From an uncultured Chloroflexia bacterium (GTDB lineage Bacteria > Chloroflexota > Limnocylindria > Limnocylindrales > CSP1-4): a DNA stretch of 64,000 nt. Positions within the stretch are counted from its first letter, which is position 1. The number at the start of each line of letters is the position of its first letter. The DNA is taken from positions 608,001 to 672,000 of the forward strand of contig CAVRGP010000011.1 of NCBI GenBank assembly GCA_963720755.1, read 5' to 3'. Of this stretch, positions 61,788-64,000 are shown one piece after another. The position numbers were made by a program, and so were the translations under genes. The notes under the pieces were generated by a model. The model was not told the origin of the DNA. It did not search any database and worked only from the letters and a program-made list of their open reading frames with translations.

Positions 61788-62317
61788 GCGACCGGTTGTT
61801 CCCGGATCTGGAGGCTGATCCCGGGTCGACGGACAAAGGTCCGGCGGCGGGATCGGGCTTTGTCATTCGGACGGACGGCGCCGCCCGAGGGAACCCGGGA
61901 CCGGCGTCGCTCGGAGCTGCGCTGTTCGATCTCGCCCGGCCCGACGCGCGTGACGATCGAGCCGTGCCGGACGCCTCGATCTCGGACTACCTGGGGATCC
62001 AGACGAACAACGTCGCCGAGTACACGGGCGTCGTTCGGGCGCTGGACCTGGCCGCGGAGTTGGGGGCTCGGGAGGTCCATCTGCTTCTCGATTCGAAGCT
62101 GATCGTGGAACAGCTTGCGGGTCGGTGGCGGGTCAAGGATGCCAAGCTCATCCCGCTCTGGTCGGCCGCCCGGCGGACCCTGGCGGGGTTCGATCGTTGG
62201 TCCGCGGCGCACGTCCCACGGGCCCGCAACACCGTCGCCGACGCGCTGGCCAATGAGGCGATCGATCGAGCCCACGCCGGCGGTCCGGCCTCCGTGGTGC
62301 GTCGCCCGGGAGGGTAG
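61784..62317 (+). CDS. rnhA: Ribonuclease HI
   Basis: TDGAARGNPG, TNNVAEY, DSKL, HVPR..N..AD.LAN; TTGA overlap start. Confidence 0.9.
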   Translation: MSDRLFPDLEADPGSTDKGPAAGSGFVIRTDGAARGNPGPASLGAALFDLARPDARDDRAVPDASISDYLGIQTNNVAEYTGVVRALDLAAELGAREVHLLLDSKLIVEQLAGRWRVKDAKLIPLWSAARRTLAGFDRWSAAHVPRARNTVADALANEAIDRAHAGGPASVVRRPGG

Positions 62318-62328
62318 ACTCGGCAGGT

Positions 62329-62702
62329 CAGCGAGGTGGTCGGATGGTCGCGCGTCGTCCTGGGGTGACCCAGGGTCGGCGTGAGGAAAGTCCGAGCTCC
62401 CCAGCGCAGGGTGGCGGGTAACGCCCGTCCGCCGTGAGGCGAGGACCAGTGCCACAGTGACGATGCCGTTCCGTGGCGCGAGCCGCGGATCGGAGTGAAA
62501 CGGGCAAACTCCACCCGGAGCAAGGCCAAATAGGAGGGCGCAACCCAACGGCGGGCGACCGTCGATGGGGGAGAGGTGCGCTGCCCAGCCCTCGGGTCGG
62601 CCGCAAGAGCCGTCGGGTGACCGGCGGCCCCAGATGGATGGCCATCCCCGTTCCGCCGACAGGCGGAGCGGGACAGAACTCGGCTTACAGACTGCCTCGC
62701 TG
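62329..62702 (+). ncRNA. rnpB: RNase P RNA
   Basis: GAGGAAAGTCC, AGTGCCACAG, GAGCAAGGCCAAATAGG, ACAGAACTCGGCTTA; P1 CAGCGAGGTGGTC/GACTGCCTCGCTG; TAGACT -10 at 62315. Confidence 0.96.
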
Positions 62703-62954
62703 GCGTCTTCGCCGATGGCCGACCAGGAGGATCACCGCCCAGCCGAGAACCAGCGCCACGGCCAGCGGTCCGGGGCCGGCCAGGAAGCGATCGAGATCCG
62801 TCTCCGGCGGGAGCCCGAGGGCGGCTCGACACTGCTCCGGCGTGACGTCGAGCGGACCCAGGCACGCTTGGACGTGGCCGCCGTACGCGAACAGGAACCA
62901 GAGCGTGGCTGCCGCGGTCCAGATGCCGAAGGCGACCGCGACGCCGCACGTCAT
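62685..62954 (-). CDS. Small two-TM membrane protein
   Basis: Two hydrophobic segments flanking a C-x10-C loop, basic tail. Confidence 0.5.
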   Translation of the reverse strand: MTCGVAVAFGIWTAAATLWFLFAYGGHVQACLGPLDVTPEQCRAALGLPPETDLDRFLAGPGPLAVALVLGWAVILLVGHRRRRQRGSL

Positions 62955-62958
62955 GCCC

Positions 62959-63201
62959 TCAGTCTTCGTCGGGCCGGAAGATGTGCGGAGCGACGCAGGC
63001 GTTACAGATCGGCGTGGCCGATTCGAGATCGCCGAGCGGGATCGGGACCTTCCGGTCCGGGAACAGGCATTCCACGTCGTACACCCGCTGGGCACCCAGC
63101 TCGACGTTGATCAGGCGGCGGAATGTGCAGCGCTTGATCCGGTGTGGCGCCAGGTGGAAGGCGTCGGGTTGCGGAGGGATCACGGGCAGTGGAAGAGCCA
63201 T
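62959..63201 (-). CDS. Small Cys-containing hypothetical protein (80 aa)
   Basis: MALPLPV...RCTFRR...VECLFP...ICNAC...FRPDED. Confidence 0.6.
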   Translation of the reverse strand: MALPLPVIPPQPDAFHLAPHRIKRCTFRRLINVELGAQRVYDVECLFPDRKVPIPLGDLESATPICNACVAPHIFRPDED

Positions 63202-63352
63202 CGCAGGGGCTGAGGATGCCTCGCTCTGGAGGTCGGCCGGTGGGTCCGGTCGACTCTGGCGGCGCAGCCTAGCACCGCTCGTTCCGATGCGGCAACCAAC
63301 GAAAGGTACTAGACTCCGCGCCGATCCACCCAGGCCGGCAGATGGAGCGAGC

Positions 63353-64000
63353 GTGCACGACGAATCACCGACGACGATGCCGTGGGAGGCCCACGAGCCG
63401 GCCGATGATCGCGCCACCATCTCCTCGACCGCTGACCCGCGTCCCACCACTGGAGCCGACGGTCCCCTGGAGCCGATGCTCTGCCCATTCCTCCGGTCGG
63501 CCTCGGGTAAGGCAGGGTTCGGGACCCCGATCGCCTCGCCCGATCCGGCGAACCGCTGTGTCGCTTTGCGAGAGGCGATCCCGCAATCGCTCCGTCAGCA
63601 GGAGTTGGTCTGCCTGACCAGCGGTCACGTCAACTGCCCGCGCTATCTGCGTGGATCCCCGGTCGTGGCCGAGCCGGAGCTCGAGCCGGTGGCCGGGATC
63701 AGCCTCGGAAGGCCCGCCGTCGTCGCCTCGCTGCTGGTGTTGGCAGCGGCCTTCCTGATCTCGGTGGCGTTCGTGGTGAACAACGGCGGCCTCGTGTTGA
63801 CCGCCTCGGGGCCATCGCCGTCGCCGTCGGCGTCCGAGGGCGGGCTGGGCACCACCACCGGGGGATCGCCGCTTCCGTCCGCGACCCAGCTCCCGACCGC
63901 TTCGCCCGAGGTGACACCGAGCCCGATCGTGACATCAAGCCCCGGTCCGACCCCCAGCCCGACGCCGGCCTCGACCGCCACACCCGAGCCGACCGCGACA
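63353..64000 (+). CDS. Membrane protein: Cys-rich cytoplasmic domain, TM, Pro/Thr/Ser linker (partial)
   Basis: Manual translation, absent from ORF track because unterminated: CPFL..NRC..QQELVCL..HVNCPRY, TM, PT repeats. Confidence 0.75.
   Translation, partial: MHDESPTTMPWEAHEPADDRATISSTADPRPTTGADGPLEPMLCPFLRSASGKAGFGTPIASPDPANRCVALREAIPQSLRQQELVCLTSGHVNCPRYLRGSPVVAEPELEPVAGISLGRPAVVASLLVLAAAFLISVAFVVNNGGLVLTASGPSPSPSASEGGLGTTTGGSPLPSATQLPTASPEVTPSPIVTSSPGPTPSPTPASTATPEPTAT

Overview
High-GC bacterial chromosomal window. Gene style and the conserved hypotheticals suggest Chloroflexota, possibly Limnocylindria-like; this is inference. It holds dnaG-rpoD, an MgtE-cytosolic-domain/NRAMP-like pair, tRNA-Asn(GTT), an ArsR/ArsP/thioredoxin operon, GGDEF and EAL c-di-GMP enzymes, a xylose regulon (ROK repressor, xylFHG, xylAB), a PspC/LiaF envelope pair, parAB, a propionyl/methylmalonyl-CoA-to-TCA cluster (pccB, biotin carboxylase, BCCP, mutase, epimerase, sucCD, icd, Sdh1-type sdhCAB), rnhA and the RNase P RNA gene. 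No transposase, integrase, phage gene or CRISPR array was seen. The most striking observation is a 16-bp palindrome, GTC(T/C)TTGCGCAAAGAC, present three times in and next to parAB. This ParB has altered DNA-specificity residues and DnaA boxes lie upstream of parA, so this is a candidate ParABS system with a non-canonical parS. Other points: UnbU/UnbV-like genes without an enediyne PKS, a probable frameshift fusion, a probable ACG start, many leaderless genes including a bidirectional promoter, several SD-led or leaderless small ORFs, and an RNase P RNA lacking P13/P14.
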